From the NCBI GenBank assembly GCA_013152895.1, contig JAADFN010000047.1:1340-65339 (forward strand): a DNA stretch of 64,000 nucleotides. The letters run 5' to 3'. Positions 38,358-48,270 of this stretch are shown in pieces. Source of the stretch: Acidobacteriota bacterium (GTDB lineage: Bacteria; Acidobacteriota; Thermoanaerobaculia; Thermoanaerobaculales; Sulfomarinibacteraceae). How positions within the stretch are numbered: position 1 is the stretch's first letter; every line of letters starts with the position of its first letter. The position numbers were made by a program, and so were the translations under genes. Under the pieces are notes generated by a model that did no database searches, was not told the origin of the DNA, and was given only the letters and a program-made list of their open reading frames with translations.

Positions 38358-39209
38358 ATGAAAATCGAGAAGGTGGGCGTTGTTGGCTGTGGGCAAATGG
38401 GGGCTGGAATCGTGGAAGTCACCGCCAAGGCGGGCTATGACGTGGTGGTTCGCGAGATCGATGAGGATCTTCTCGCCAGGGGTATGAGCCGCATCCGGAA
38501 GAGCCTTGACCGGGCGGTGTCGAAGGGCCGGCTCGAAGCATCGGCGCGGGATGCGGCGCTTGACCGGATCACGCCAACGGTCTCACTGGAGGACTTTGCA
38601 TCCTGTGATCTCATTATCGAGGCCGTGATCGAAGACAAGGACCTCAAGATGGGCCTGTTCCGCGAGCTCGATGGGATGTGCAAGCCCGAGGCGATCTTCT
38701 GCACGAACACATCCTCGCTCGTTGTGACCGAGCTGGCCATGGCCACCGGCCGGCAGGACCGGTTCGCATGCCTCCACTTCTTCAACCCGGTTCCGGTCAT
38801 GAAGCTCGTTGAAGTTGTCAGGACGATTCTGACCTCCGATGAGACGTTTGGTACGATCTTCGAGTTCGCAAAGTCCGTCGGGAAAACGCCGGTCGCAGCG
38901 GTGGACAATTCCGGGTTCATCGTGAACAGGTTGTTGATCCCCTACCTTCTGGACGCGATCTCGGTCTACGAGCACGGGCTGGCGTCGCGCGAGGACATCG
39001 ATACCGGGATGAAGCTCGGATGTGGCCATCCGATGGGACCGTTGACGCTCTGCGATTTCATCGGGCTGGACACGATGTATCACGTCGCCGAGATCATGTT
39101 CGATGAATACCGCGAGCCACGATTCGCTCCACCGGGGCTGCTCAAGAGAATGGTCCTGGCAGGACGCCTCGGACGCAAGACCGGCAAGGGCTTTTACGAC
39201 TACGAATGA
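38358..39209 (+). CDS. hbd: 3-hydroxybutyryl-CoA dehydrogenase
   Basis: VGVVGCGQMGAGIV Rossmann motif and FFNPVPVMKLVEV. The SD AAAGGAGG lies before ATG 38358. Confidence 0.9.
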   Translation: MKIEKVGVVGCGQMGAGIVEVTAKAGYDVVVREIDEDLLARGMSRIRKSLDRAVSKGRLEASARDAALDRITPTVSLEDFASCDLIIEAVIEDKDLKMGLFRELDGMCKPEAIFCTNTSSLVVTELAMATGRQDRFACLHFFNPVPVMKLVEVVRTILTSDETFGTIFEFAKSVGKTPVAAVDNSGFIVNRLLIPYLLDAISVYEHGLASREDIDTGMKLGCGHPMGPLTLCDFIGLDTMYHVAEIMFDEYREPRFAPPGLLKRMVLAGRLGRKTGKGFYDYE

Positions 39210-39261
39210 CCCTGGACGTCGCGGCGCTCGGTTGCCGGACGCCAGGCGGGGAGGTGATGGT

Positions 39262-40044
39262 ATGAGGTACGAGAACCTGAAAGTTTCGAATCGCGACGGC
39301 ATCCTCTGGGTCACGATCGACCGTCCGGCGAAGCTCAACGCGCTGGATATCGCGACGATGGCCGAGCTCGATCACGCCATCGGTGAGGCTGGTGCCGATG
39401 ATCGAGTCCAGGCCGTCGTGATCACCGGGGCCGGCGACAAGGCGTTCGTCGCTGGAGCCGACATCGCCGAGCTGAACACGCTTGGCCCCGAAGAGGCGAA
39501 GGAGTTCTCGTTGCGGGGCCAACGGATCTTCAGGCGGATCGAACGGCTTCCCAAGCCCGTCGTCGCCGCGGTCAACGGCTTCGCCCTCGGCGGCGGGTGC
39601 GAGCTGGCCATGGCGTGCCATCTCAGGATCGCCGCCTCGAACGCCGTCTTCGGCCAGCCCGAGGTCAAGTTGGGCCTGATTCCCGGGTATGCGGGCACGC
39701 AACGACTTCCCCGGCTGATCGGGAAAGGACGCGCGCTGGAGATCCTGCTGACGGGGAGGAATGTTTCCGCCGATGAGGCCGAGAGGATTGGCCTGGTCAA
39801 CCGGGTCGTCGAGCCGGTCGAGCTGACGCGGGCGGTGACCGATCTGCTCGGTACGATCCTCCGTAACGGTCCGCTTGCCGTTGCCCACTGCCTCGAGGCT
39901 GTCCAGTACGGCCTGGAGATGTCGATCGATGACGCCAGCCTGCTGGAGGCCACGCTGTTTGGGCTTTGTGGCGCCAGCGATGAAATGACCGAGGGGACCG
40001 CGGCGTTCCTTGAGAGACGCAAGCCGCAGTTTAGGAGTGAATGA
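39262..40044 (+). CDS. enoyl-CoA hydratase (crotonase)
   Basis: ITGAGDKAFVAGADIAEL, AAVNGFALGGGCELAMACH, GQPEVKLGLIPGYAGTQRL. Confidence 0.9.
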   Translation: MRYENLKVSNRDGILWVTIDRPAKLNALDIATMAELDHAIGEAGADDRVQAVVITGAGDKAFVAGADIAELNTLGPEEAKEFSLRGQRIFRRIERLPKPVVAAVNGFALGGGCELAMACHLRIAASNAVFGQPEVKLGLIPGYAGTQRLPRLIGKGRALEILLTGRNVSADEAERIGLVNRVVEPVELTRAVTDLLGTILRNGPLAVAHCLEAVQYGLEMSIDDASLLEATLFGLCGASDEMTEGTAAFLERRKPQFRSE

Positions 40045-40045
40045 C

Positions 40046-40720
40046 ATGGTCCGGGCACTCGTAGGATTGTTCGCAAAAAGTCCATTCAAGCCGTTGCAGG
40101 CTCACATGGACAAGGTGATCGGCTGTGTGGAGATGATCCCGACATTGATGGAAGCGGTTGTCGAAGGCGATGCCGTGCGGATCAAGGAGCTGAGGAAGGA
40201 AATCACGCGTGCCGAGCACGAGGCCGATATCGTGAAGAACGAGCTGAGGGAAAACCTGCCCAGAACGCTCTTCATGCCGGTATCCCGGGCCGACGTGCTC
40301 CAGCTCCTTCACGACCAGGATGATATTGCCGATGGCGCTGAAGATGCCGCGATCCTCGCGGATCTCAAGATCCTCGACGTCCCGGTTGAGCTGAGGAGGC
40401 AGGTGATCGACTACGCCGAGATCTGTGTTCAGGCGGCCCGGTTGGCGGAGAAGGTGGTTGGAAAGCTTGGAGAGCTCCTGGAAACCGGATTCACCGGCCC
40501 GGAAAGCGGCGAGGTCATGAAGCTCATCGACGCGGTTGGGGAACAGGAATGGGAGGCGGACAAGGCGGCGTTCAAGCTGCTCAAGGCGCTGTTCAACTCC
40601 CCGGAAAGTATTCATCAGCCGGACCTCTGCGTCTGGATGAAGCTCTCCGAGGCGCTCGGCGACATCGCAGATGCGGCCGAGCAGGTTGCAAACCGCCTAC
40701 GTCTGATGCTGGCGCGGTAG
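40046..40720 (+). CDS. DUF47 (PhoU-like, TIGR00153) protein associated with a PiT transporter
   Basis: FAKSPFKPLQAHMDKV...RAEHEADIVKNELRENL... helical-bundle pattern. Lies immediately upstream of a PiT gene, the usual pairing. Confidence 0.8.
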   Translation: MVRALVGLFAKSPFKPLQAHMDKVIGCVEMIPTLMEAVVEGDAVRIKELRKEITRAEHEADIVKNELRENLPRTLFMPVSRADVLQLLHDQDDIADGAEDAAILADLKILDVPVELRRQVIDYAEICVQAARLAEKVVGKLGELLETGFTGPESGEVMKLIDAVGEQEWEADKAAFKLLKALFNSPESIHQPDLCVWMKLSEALGDIADAAEQVANRLRLMLAR

Positions 40721-40729
40721 GGCCCGGTC

Positions 40730-41971
40730 ATGATGACGGCGCTTTTCATCGTGGCCGTTGTGGGTGGTTTCTACATGGCGTGGAACATTGGCGCCAACGA
40801 CGTGGCCAACGCGTTTGGAACGAGTGTCGGCTCGAAGGCGTTGACGTTCAGGCAGGCGGTGGTGGTCGCCGCGGTCTTCGAATTCGCGGGCGCCATCCTC
40901 GTCGGTTCTCACGTGACGGGGACGATCCGGTCCGGCTTGTTTGATCCGAGGTTGCTGGTTGGGCGAGAGATGACGCTGGGTATCGGTATGGTTGCAGCGT
41001 TGCTTGGCGCGGGGATCTGGCTCCAGATTTCGACGCACCTGGGCTACCCGGTTTCGACCACCCACTCGATCGTCGGCGCGATCGTCGGGTTTGCGCTGGT
41101 CGTGTTGCCCTTTCACGCCATCAAGTGGGGATTGGTCGGGCGGGTGGTCGCGTCATGGATCGTCTCGCCGATCGTGGGAGCCTTGCTTGGCTGGCTGATC
41201 TTCATGCTGCTGAAGGGCCTGATCTTCAACCGGGCCGATCCGCTGGTTCAATCCCGGCGCGCGGCGCCTTTCCTGCTCTTTTCAGTGTTCTTCATCCTGT
41301 GCATGAGCTTCCTGTACAAGGGGCTCAAGCAGCTCCACCTCGACTTTGGCCCGTTTCACGCCATCCTGATCTCTTCAGCCGTGGGCTTTGTGGCGGGCCT
41401 GGTGGGCTGGGCGCTCCTGAAGGGTACGAACGGGACGGCGGCGCCGTACGGCGAGCGGCTCGACGCTGTCGAGGAGCTCTTTCGGCACCTCCAGATCGTG
41501 ACGGCGTGCACGGTGGCCTTTGCCCATGGCGCCAACGATGTGGCGAATGCCGTTGGGCCGCTGGCTGCCGTCGTGGCACTGGTCAAGAGTGGCCAGGTCA
41601 TGTCGAAGGTTCCCGTCCCGGTCTGGGTTCTCGCGCTCGGAGGCGCCGGGATCGTCACGGGTCTGGCAACGTTCGGATACCGGGTGATTCGGACGGTCGG
41701 CACGAAGATCACCGCCATGAACCCGTCGCGGGGATTTTCTGCGGAGTTCGGCGGGGCTGTGACCGTTCTATTTGCCTCGCGTCTTGGCCTGCCGATTTCG
41801 ACGACACACGTCATCGTTGGGGCGGTCATCGGCGTGGGCCTCGCACGGGGCGTGGTCGCCCTCGATTTGAAGGTCATCAAGGAGATCGTTGTGACCTGGG
41901 TGGTTACGGTACCGGCGGCTGCGATCGTGAGTATCGCGTGTTACTACATCTTGCGATTGGTGTTTCTTTGA
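40730..41971 (+). CDS. inorganic phosphate transporter, PiT family
   Basis: Duplicated GANDVANA motifs (WNIGANDVANAFGTSVG and AHGANDVANAVGPLA) and about 10 TM helices. Confidence 0.9.
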   Translation: MMTALFIVAVVGGFYMAWNIGANDVANAFGTSVGSKALTFRQAVVVAAVFEFAGAILVGSHVTGTIRSGLFDPRLLVGREMTLGIGMVAALLGAGIWLQISTHLGYPVSTTHSIVGAIVGFALVVLPFHAIKWGLVGRVVASWIVSPIVGALLGWLIFMLLKGLIFNRADPLVQSRRAAPFLLFSVFFILCMSFLYKGLKQLHLDFGPFHAILISSAVGFVAGLVGWALLKGTNGTAAPYGERLDAVEELFRHLQIVTACTVAFAHGANDVANAVGPLAAVVALVKSGQVMSKVPVPVWVLALGGAGIVTGLATFGYRVIRTVGTKITAMNPSRGFSAEFGGAVTVLFASRLGLPISTTHVIVGAVIGVGLARGVVALDLKVIKEIVVTWVVTVPAAAIVSIACYYILRLVFL

Positions 41972-42064
41972 TGGATCGCGGTGCGGGAACGCGGGCGCGC
42001 CGTACGGTGGCGATTGTGCACGGGAAGGGATGACGTTCGGAGGCAGAGCCTTCAGCATGGGATC

Positions 42065-42093
42065 TTGCTTCCCGGTTGAGGGACACGTAAGAT
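42065..42093 (+). promoter_or_regulatory. putative sigma-70 promoter
   Basis: TTGCTT (42065-42070), 17 nt, TAAGAT (42088-42093), 34 nt before GTG 42127. Confidence 0.35.
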
Positions 42094-42126
42094 ACTGGCA
42101 GAGATTGGGACAGCTGGGGGGCCGGT

Positions 42127-42594
42127 GTGGCTGACGAAGAGAAATCTCCAAAGCCGATCAAGGTTGTCGATCGCCGGTGGTTTACGGGCACCGGTGAGCC
42201 GCGTGAAGGTCGTCAACCGCTGAAGAGACCCGAGCCGCGCCGCGACAGCGGCGTGGCGGCCGGCGCTGAAAGCCGTCCGCGGGAATCCGCTCGGCCGGAG
42301 GCACAATCGCACAGCGATCGGAAACCCGTTCGAGGCGAAGGCGCTGCCAGCGGCCAACCGGGCCGCGGCGGTGTTTCTTTCGCCGCGCTGGTCGAGTTTC
42401 TCGCTCAGCAGGCGATCCTGTTGCTGACCGGATCCGAGGGTGTCAAGCCCAACCGGAGCCAGGCCAAGGTTTTTATCGATTTTCTGGGCGTTCTCCAGGA
42501 GAGAACCGAGGGGAACCTCACGAACGATGAAAAGCAGATGCTGGATGACGTTCTCTTCCAGTTGCGGGCGGCGTTCGTGCAATCGGGGCGATGA
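42127..42594 (+). CDS. DUF1844 domain protein
   Basis: A C-terminal FAALVEFLAQQAILLL...AKVFIDFLGVLQERTEGNLTNDEKQMLDDVLFQLRAAF matches the DUF1844 pattern. The N-terminal half is disordered. Confidence 0.75.
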   Translation: MADEEKSPKPIKVVDRRWFTGTGEPREGRQPLKRPEPRRDSGVAAGAESRPRESARPEAQSHSDRKPVRGEGAASGQPGRGGVSFAALVEFLAQQAILLLTGSEGVKPNRSQAKVFIDFLGVLQERTEGNLTNDEKQMLDDVLFQLRAAFVQSGR

Positions 42595-44408
42595 GAAACC
42601 GCCTTCTTTTTTTCCTGATCGTGACCGTCACGTGGGCCCTTCCTATCTCCGCCGGTCCGGTTCTCGGGGAGCGGTGGTTTGAAGTTCAGAAATCATTGAA
42701 CGCAAAGGATATCCAGTCCCTTCGATCCAACGTTGCCGAGGTGGAAAAGCGCGCCCGTCAACTTGGCGTGAGGCACCTGACGCCGTATGCCCGCGCTCTC
42801 GCCACGTGGGCGGCCCACGAACCTGGAGAGATCGGTGATGTCGCGGCCCGGCTGGCGCGGCGCCTGGACCCGGAAGAGCCGTCCGTGTGGTTTGTCCTGG
42901 CGGGCAAGGCGTGGTCGGGCGGGAAATATGGGAAGGCGGTCGTGTCGTACTGCAGGGGGTGGGTCGCAGCCGCGGCGAATCGTCTCGTGCGGCGTGATGT
43001 CCTCGGTTCGCTTGTGCCCTTCTTGTTGATGGCACTGGGGGGGATGTTGTTCGTTGGCGTCGTGCTGATCGCGGCGCAGTTTCTCCCGAGGATCTACCAC
43101 GATGCGCACGAGCTGGGCTTGATGCTGTTCAAGGGGCCGGATGCGACGGTATTCGCCATCGTAATCCTGATCTTGCCAGTTTTTGCGGGCCTCGGCCCCG
43201 TCTGGCTCGTCGCGTATGTCTTCGGCCTGAGCTTCGCGTACCTGTACGCCCGGCAACGAATCGCGAGCGCCGTTGTGTGGCTTCTCCTGATCAGTATCGT
43301 TCCGTGTCTCAACCTGTGGGAACATTCGGGGTTGCGAGACACGCCGCTGTCCGTGCGGGTCCTGGCGTCGCTGAAGGATAAGCGCCTGGATCCATCGATG
43401 GTCCAGGAGTTCGCGGGCCTCGGGCCGAAGCTCAAGAATCAGCCGGAATATCACCTGCTCCTCGGCGCCCTGCTCCGGCTTCACGATGATGCTCCAAGCG
43501 CCAGGATCCAGTTTCAAAAGGCTGCGGTGGAAGCGCCGGGGGATCCACGGCCCCTGATCTTCCTGGGGAACCTGTCCTTTAACAACGGGAATCTCCCCGA
43601 GGCCATTCAGAGCTATAGCTTGGCCATCAAGAGAAATCCCGCAGAACCGTTGGCCTACTATGATCTTTCGTTGGCGCTTGACCAGAGTTATCGCTTCCAG
43701 GAGGCCGACAGGATGAGGAAGAAGGCGCGGCAGCTCGGGGGCGAAAGGCTTACGCGAATGATCGACGCGAGCCCGGCTGCCATGCCTCTCGATCCCCCGG
43801 CCGGTCCCCGCGATCTTCGTCGTCTTTCCAAGAAGATTCCTCCAGCCGAGCTGGTTGGATTGGGGATGGCCTCGGGGATGACATGGTCGTGGAAATGGCT
43901 GTTTCATTCTTTCTCGTTGGTGTTCCTGGCGACCGGACTGCTGGGTGTGGTGCTCGCGGTGCTCAGGAGGCGATGGATGTGGACCGCGCGCTCGTGTACG
44001 AGGTGCGGAAAAGTTTTTTGTGCGCGGTGTCATGACGCAGCTCAAAGCGGGGCGTACTGCAGCCAATGCGTATCGGTTTTCTTGAAACGTGGTCAGGTCG
44101 CGATTGAGCAACAAGCCGCCAAGTTGGATCAGATCCGGAAGCGACAGCAGCGGATCACGTGGACGCGCAGGATCGTGTCTCTGTGTGCGCCGGGCGGTGG
44201 GGCTGTTCTGCAGGGGCGATGGGCGCAAGGACTCTCCTGGGGTTTCGTGGCGGCGGCCGCCGGTTTCCTCGCGTTCGGATGGCTCCCTCACGTCCTCACC
44301 GAGATCGAGCCGCTGGGGAACATCTTCCCCCTGCAAGTCGTGGCCGTCGTCGTCCTTGGAGCGAGCTGGCTCTACACGATCAGTAGCTCATGGGGAGGAG
44401 GGACGTAA
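42591..44408 (+). CDS. TPR-repeat polytopic membrane protein with a cytoplasmic zinc ribbon
   Basis: A signal/TM segment, several TM helices, TPR repeats (GNLPEAIQSYSLAIKRNPAEPLAYYDLSLAL) and a Cys4 ribbon (CTRCGKVFCARCHDAAQSGAYCSQC). The start overlaps the upstream stop (ATGA). Confidence 0.6.
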   Translation: MRNRLLFFLIVTVTWALPISAGPVLGERWFEVQKSLNAKDIQSLRSNVAEVEKRARQLGVRHLTPYARALATWAAHEPGEIGDVAARLARRLDPEEPSVWFVLAGKAWSGGKYGKAVVSYCRGWVAAAANRLVRRDVLGSLVPFLLMALGGMLFVGVVLIAAQFLPRIYHDAHELGLMLFKGPDATVFAIVILILPVFAGLGPVWLVAYVFGLSFAYLYARQRIASAVVWLLLISIVPCLNLWEHSGLRDTPLSVRVLASLKDKRLDPSMVQEFAGLGPKLKNQPEYHLLLGALLRLHDDAPSARIQFQKAAVEAPGDPRPLIFLGNLSFNNGNLPEAIQSYSLAIKRNPAEPLAYYDLSLALDQSYRFQEADRMRKKARQLGGERLTRMIDASPAAMPLDPPAGPRDLRRLSKKIPPAELVGLGMASGMTWSWKWLFHSFSLVFLATGLLGVVLAVLRRRWMWTARSCTRCGKVFCARCHDAAQSGAYCSQCVSVFLKRGQVAIEQQAAKLDQIRKRQQRITWTRRIVSLCAPGGGAVLQGRWAQGLSWGFVAAAAGFLAFGWLPHVLTEIEPLGNIFPLQVVAVVVLGASWLYTISSSWGGGT

Positions 44409-45700
44409 TGGCCCTTGAAGGCACCCTCCGCGACTTCAGCTTTGCGGATATCTTGCAGCTGATCTCGTTGCAACGTAAGACGGGCGTCTTGACCGTGAAG
44501 AACGAGAATGACGTCGTCACGATCTCGTTTCTCGAGGGGAAGATCGTGGCGACGAGCTCGTTGAGCCAGAGGGCCGAAGACCGGCTCGGGCTGATCTTGC
44601 TCAAGCAGGGAGCGCTCTCGGAGGCCGACCTGGAGGCGGCGCTCCGGAAGCAGGAGGAGACGCTCCAGAGGCTCGGCAGGATCTTGATCGATGCCGGGAT
44701 GGTGTCGGCGCAGACCGTTCGAAATGCGCTCGAACAGCAGATTCTCCAGGTCGTCTACCGCGTCTTCCAGTGGAATGACGGTGAATACCACTTCTCGCAG
44801 GAAACGGGTATCGACTTTGACCGGAACCTGATGACCCCGCTGGCCGTGGACTCCATCATCATGGAGGGCGCCCGGATGACGGACGAGTGGCCGTTCATCA
44901 ACCAGCGGATTCCAGATCACCAGATGATCTTCAGGAAGGTCGATCCGGGGAAAAAGCTCACGGTTCTCGACGAACCGAAAGAAGAGGAGGATCTCCTCGG
45001 GTTTTCCTTTACAGAAGTTCCTCAGAAAGAGACGCAACCGGAGAGGTCCCCGGATCAAATCACACCCAAGAACATGGCCGTGTATCAGCTCGTCAATGGT
45101 CATGACACGGTCAACGAGATCATTCTCAAGAGTGAGCTGATCGATTTTGAAACCTGCAAGGCTCTTGCGGAGCTCCTGGATCATGGCCTGATTCGTGAGG
45201 CGACGCCGGAGGAAGTGGCGCAGGAGCTCAGCCGTGCGCAGGAGCCGGTGCGCACGGGCGGTCTTGCCAGGGGCGTCATTCCCTGGTTGGTCGTTCCCTT
45301 CCTCGTTCTGTTGGGATTCTCGCTCTCTGTCATGCCACAAAACCCGATCAACCCGGCGTTTGACATGAAAAGCCGTCTCTGGGACAGGTTCGTCGTCGAG
45401 AGCGTCTCGTGGTACCGGCTCAAGCGCATGCTTGCGGGAGCTGAAACGGCCTATTTCCTGAGGGGCGTCTATCCAGAAGCGCCGCAGGACCTCGTGCGAT
45501 CTTCCATTCTGCGTCCCAGCGATATCGTCGATCCGTGGGGACGCTCCTACGTGATGGTGGTTCGTGGCCACAAGCTGCTCGCGGCGGGGACGGACGCCAG
45601 GGGAGAGCCCATCTCGAAGCTTCTGCTCTCGCGCGGGTTGGCGTGGGAGAGCTCGTCTGAACGTACGCCGAGCGGTCCAGGAGTGGTTCTTCTCGAATAG
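44408..45700 (+). CDS. DUF4388 domain protein with a GspG-like C-terminal segment
   Basis: The N-terminus LEGTLRDFSFADILQLISLQRKTGVLTV is the DUF4388 signature. There is a TM helix near aa 290 and a C-terminal DIVDPWGRSYVMVV...AAGTDARGEP resembling the type II secretion pseudopilin G C-terminus. The ATG overlaps the upstream TAA. Confidence 0.7.
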   Translation: MALEGTLRDFSFADILQLISLQRKTGVLTVKNENDVVTISFLEGKIVATSSLSQRAEDRLGLILLKQGALSEADLEAALRKQEETLQRLGRILIDAGMVSAQTVRNALEQQILQVVYRVFQWNDGEYHFSQETGIDFDRNLMTPLAVDSIIMEGARMTDEWPFINQRIPDHQMIFRKVDPGKKLTVLDEPKEEEDLLGFSFTEVPQKETQPERSPDQITPKNMAVYQLVNGHDTVNEIILKSELIDFETCKALAELLDHGLIREATPEEVAQELSRAQEPVRTGGLARGVIPWLVVPFLVLLGFSLSVMPQNPINPAFDMKSRLWDRFVVESVSWYRLKRMLAGAETAYFLRGVYPEAPQDLVRSSILRPSDIVDPWGRSYVMVVRGHKLLAAGTDARGEPISKLLLSRGLAWESSSERTPSGPGVVLLE

Positions 45701-45773
45701 ACGCAGCCTGCCCGGAGACTGTCATCCGTGCTTCGGTGCCGAGAGAGCGAGACGGAGTGTCCCTTTTTCAATA

Positions 45774-45803
45774 CTTGACAAGCGGACGCTCAGGTTCTAT
45801 ATT
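45774..45803 (+). promoter_or_regulatory. dnaK promoter (TTGACA-17-TATATT) with an overlapping HAIR-like imperfect inverted repeat
   Basis: TTGACA 45775-45780, a 17-nt spacer and TATATT 45798-45803. CTTGACA-AGCGGAC-GCTCAGG (45774-45794) matches the HspR operator consensus CTTGAGT-N7-ACTCAAG at 5/7 plus 5/7 positions. Confidence 0.55.
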
Positions 45804-45838
45804 GCTCTATGGTAATGAAAACTGAGGAGGTTCCTATC

Positions 45839-47770
45839 ATGTCCAGAATTATCGGCATCGACCTCGGGACGACGAACTCGGTTGTCGCCGTGATGGAAGG
45901 CGGCAAGCCAACCGTGATCCCGAACCAGGAAGGCAGTAGAACGACACCATCCGTGGTCGCGTTTGCGAAGAACGGTGAAAGGCTCGTCGGACAGGTCGCC
46001 AAACGCCAGGCGATCACGAACCCGGAAAACACGATCTTTTCGATCAAGAGGTGCATGGGCCGCCGGTACGACGAGATCTTGGATGAAATCAAGAACATGC
46101 CCTACAAGGTCGTCAAGGGAGAGAATAGTACGGCGCGGGTCGAAGCCCAGGGCAAGATCTTCTCTCCACCCGAGATTTCCGCCATGATCCTCCAGAAGCT
46201 CAAGGCGGCGGCGGAGGACTATCTTGGCGAGAAGGTCGAGAAGGCGGTGATCACCGTCCCGGCGTACTTCAACGATTCTCAGCGCCAGGCCACGAAAGAC
46301 GCGGGTCAGATTGCCGGCCTCGAGGTCGTACGCCTCGTCAACGAGCCAACGGCGGCCGCGCTGGCGTACGGGCTGGACAAGAAGAAGGACGAGACGATCG
46401 CCGTGTACGACTTCGGCGGCGGCACGTTCGACATTTCCATCCTGGAGGTTGGTGAAGGCGTCGTCGAGGTGAAGTCGACGAACGGCGATACCCATCTGGG
46501 CGGCGACGACCTGGACCAGGTCATCATCGATTGGATGGTCTCGGAGTTCCGGAAGGATCAGGGCGTCGATCTCTCGCAGGACAAGATGGCGCTGCAACGG
46601 CTCAAGGAAGCGTCCGAAAAGGCGAAGATCGAGCTCTCGTCGACGATGGAGACCGAGATCAACCTGCCCTTCGTGACGGCGGATGCCTCGGGACCGAAAC
46701 ACCTCACGATGCGGCTGACCCGCTCCAAGCTCGAGCAGATGATCGATCATCTCGTCAAGCGGACGATCGAGCCATGCCGGTTGGCGCTCAAAGATGCAGG
46801 TCTTGAGGCCAAGGACGTTGACGAGGTCGTCCTCGTTGGCGGTTCGACCAGGATCCCGCTGGTACAGAAGCTCGTCGGGGATTTCTTCGGGAAGGAGCCC
46901 CACAAGGGTGTCAATCCCGACGAGGTCGTCGCGATCGGAGCTGCGATCCAGGCGGGCGTGCTTGGGGGCGAGGTCAAGGACGTCCTGCTCCTCGATGTCA
47001 CGCCGCTGTCCCTCGGTGTCGAGACCCTTGGAGGCGTCACCGACATCGTGATTCCTCGCAACACGACCATCCCGACACGGAAATCGAAGGTCTATTCAAC
47101 GGCGGAGGACAACCAGACCCAGGTGGAGATTCACGTGCTTCAGGGTGAGAGGCCGATGGCGAAGGACAATCGCACCCTCGGCCGTTTCCATCTCATGGGG
47201 ATTCCCCCTGCGCCGCGGGGCATCCCGCAAGTCGAGGTCACGTTCGATATCGATGCAAACGGCATTCTCCACGTCGCCGCCAAGGATCGTGCGACGGGCC
47301 AGGAGCAGAAGATCCAGATCACGAGCTCGTCCGGCCTGAGCGATGAAGAGATCGAGAAGATGGTCAAGGAGGCTCAAACGCACGAGAGCGAGGACGCGAA
47401 AAAACGCGAGGAGATCGATGCCCGCAACAAGCTCGACGCGCTCGTGTACTCCACGGAGAAACTGATCAATGACAACAAGGAGAAGCTGCCCGAGGCGGAG
47501 CTCGGGACGATCAACGACGTGCTGGCCGATGCCAAGCGAGCCCTCGAAGAGGGCGGCAAGGAACGCCTTGAAACGGCGTACGAACACCTGACGCAGGCCA
47601 GTCACCAGCTCGCCGCCAAGCTGTACCAGACGGCGGAGCAGGGTGCCTCCACCGGTGCCGGGGGGCAGGGTGCTTCGACGGGGGCGCCTGGGCCTGAAGC
47701 TGGCGCCCCGGAGGAAGACGAGGTCATCGACGCGGAATACGTCGATGTCGATTCTGACGGGAGTAACTGA
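45839..47770 (+). CDS. dnaK: molecular chaperone DnaK (Hsp70)
   Basis: [33 protein letters not shown] and a C-terminal acidic tail. The SD GAGGAGG lies 8 nt before the ATG. Confidence 0.97.
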   Translation: MSRIIGIDLGTTNSVVAVMEGGKPTVIPNQEGSRTTPSVVAFAKNGERLVGQVAKRQAITNPENTIFSIKRCMGRRYDEILDEIKNMPYKVVKGENSTARVEAQGKIFSPPEISAMILQKLKAAAEDYLGEKVEKAVITVPAYFNDSQRQATKDAGQIAGLEVVRLVNEPTAAALAYGLDKKKDETIAVYDFGGGTFDISILEVGEGVVEVKSTNGDTHLGGDDLDQVIIDWMVSEFRKDQGVDLSQDKMALQRLKEASEKAKIELSSTMETEINLPFVTADASGPKHLTMRLTRSKLEQMIDHLVKRTIEPCRLALKDAGLEAKDVDEVVLVGGSTRIPLVQKLVGDFFGKEPHKGVNPDEVVAIGAAIQAGVLGGEVKDVLLLDVTPLSLGVETLGGVTDIVIPRNTTIPTRKSKVYSTAEDNQTQVEIHVLQGERPMAKDNRTLGRFHLMGIPPAPRGIPQVEVTFDIDANGILHVAAKDRATGQEQKIQITSSSGLSDEEIEKMVKEAQTHESEDAKKREEIDARNKLDALVYSTEKLINDNKEKLPEAELGTINDVLADAKRALEEGGKERLETAYEHLTQASHQLAAKLYQTAEQGASTGAGGQGASTGAPGPEAGAPEEDEVIDAEYVDVDSDGSN

Positions 47771-47784
47771 CGTCATGATAGAGT

Positions 47785-47810
47785 GAAGGGGTGGGGGTGC
47801 CCACCCCTTC
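47785..47810 (+). other. 11-bp GC hairpin between dnaK and hsp20
   Basis: GAAGGGGTGGG-GGTG-CCCACCCCTTC with no U-tract. Lies 15 nt after the dnaK stop and 20 nt before the hsp20 ATG. Confidence 0.5.
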
Positions 47811-47829
47811 GCCGGCTGTTGGGGGGAAG

Positions 47830-48270
47830 ATGACCGTATCGTGGCCCATCATCAAGGAGCTCATGACGTTGAAGGAAAGGCTGAATGAGCTCTTCGACGA
47901 GGCTGTTGTCGGCAGCACGTTCGGGGTGAGGGAACCGTCGAGCGGCCCGTTTTGTCCCGCCGCCGACCTGTACGAGACGGACGAGGAGATCGTGGTCATT
48001 CTCGAAATCCCCGGGGCGGATGCAGGGTCCATCGACCTCCAGCTCAACGGGGACAGGCTGCGAGTTTCCGGGGAGATCGCACGCGAGGCCGAAGGCCGGT
48101 ACGTTCGAATGGAGCGGCCGTGCGGGTCGTTCTACCGGGATTTTGCGCTTCCGTCAGCCGAGCTGGCGGGCTCGCCGCGCGCGGAGCTGGAGCGGGGCGT
48201 CCTGACGGTTCGCCTGCCCAAGGCACCCAGATCCAGGCGGAAGGTGACCATCGTGGAGGATGAGGCATGA
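47830..48270 (+). CDS. Hsp20/alpha-crystallin family small heat-shock protein
   Basis: PAADLYETDEEIVVILEIPG...LRVSGE...GSFYRDFALP...GVLTVRLPK. The track start GTG 47791 lies inside the hairpin, so ATG 47830 is preferred. Confidence 0.85.
   Translation: MTVSWPIIKELMTLKERLNELFDEAVVGSTFGVREPSSGPFCPAADLYETDEEIVVILEIPGADAGSIDLQLNGDRLRVSGEIAREAEGRYVRMERPCGSFYRDFALPSAELAGSPRAELERGVLTVRLPKAPRSRRKVTIVEDEA

Noticed and set aside
43990-44070. CXXCH motifs outside the cytochromes: CARCH in the TPR membrane protein, CSLCH at about 59600 in the DUF164 protein, and CRRCH in tdk.
   Set aside because: Each is half of a Cys4 zinc-ribbon (CxxC...CxxC) in a cytoplasmic protein or segment without a Sec signal for that region. 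They are not heme c attachment sites.
47785-47810. A ROSE-like or fourU RNA thermometer controlling hsp20.
   Set aside because: The stem is 11 GC-rich pairs, far too stable to melt at physiological temperatures. It also does not include the SD or start codon of hsp20.
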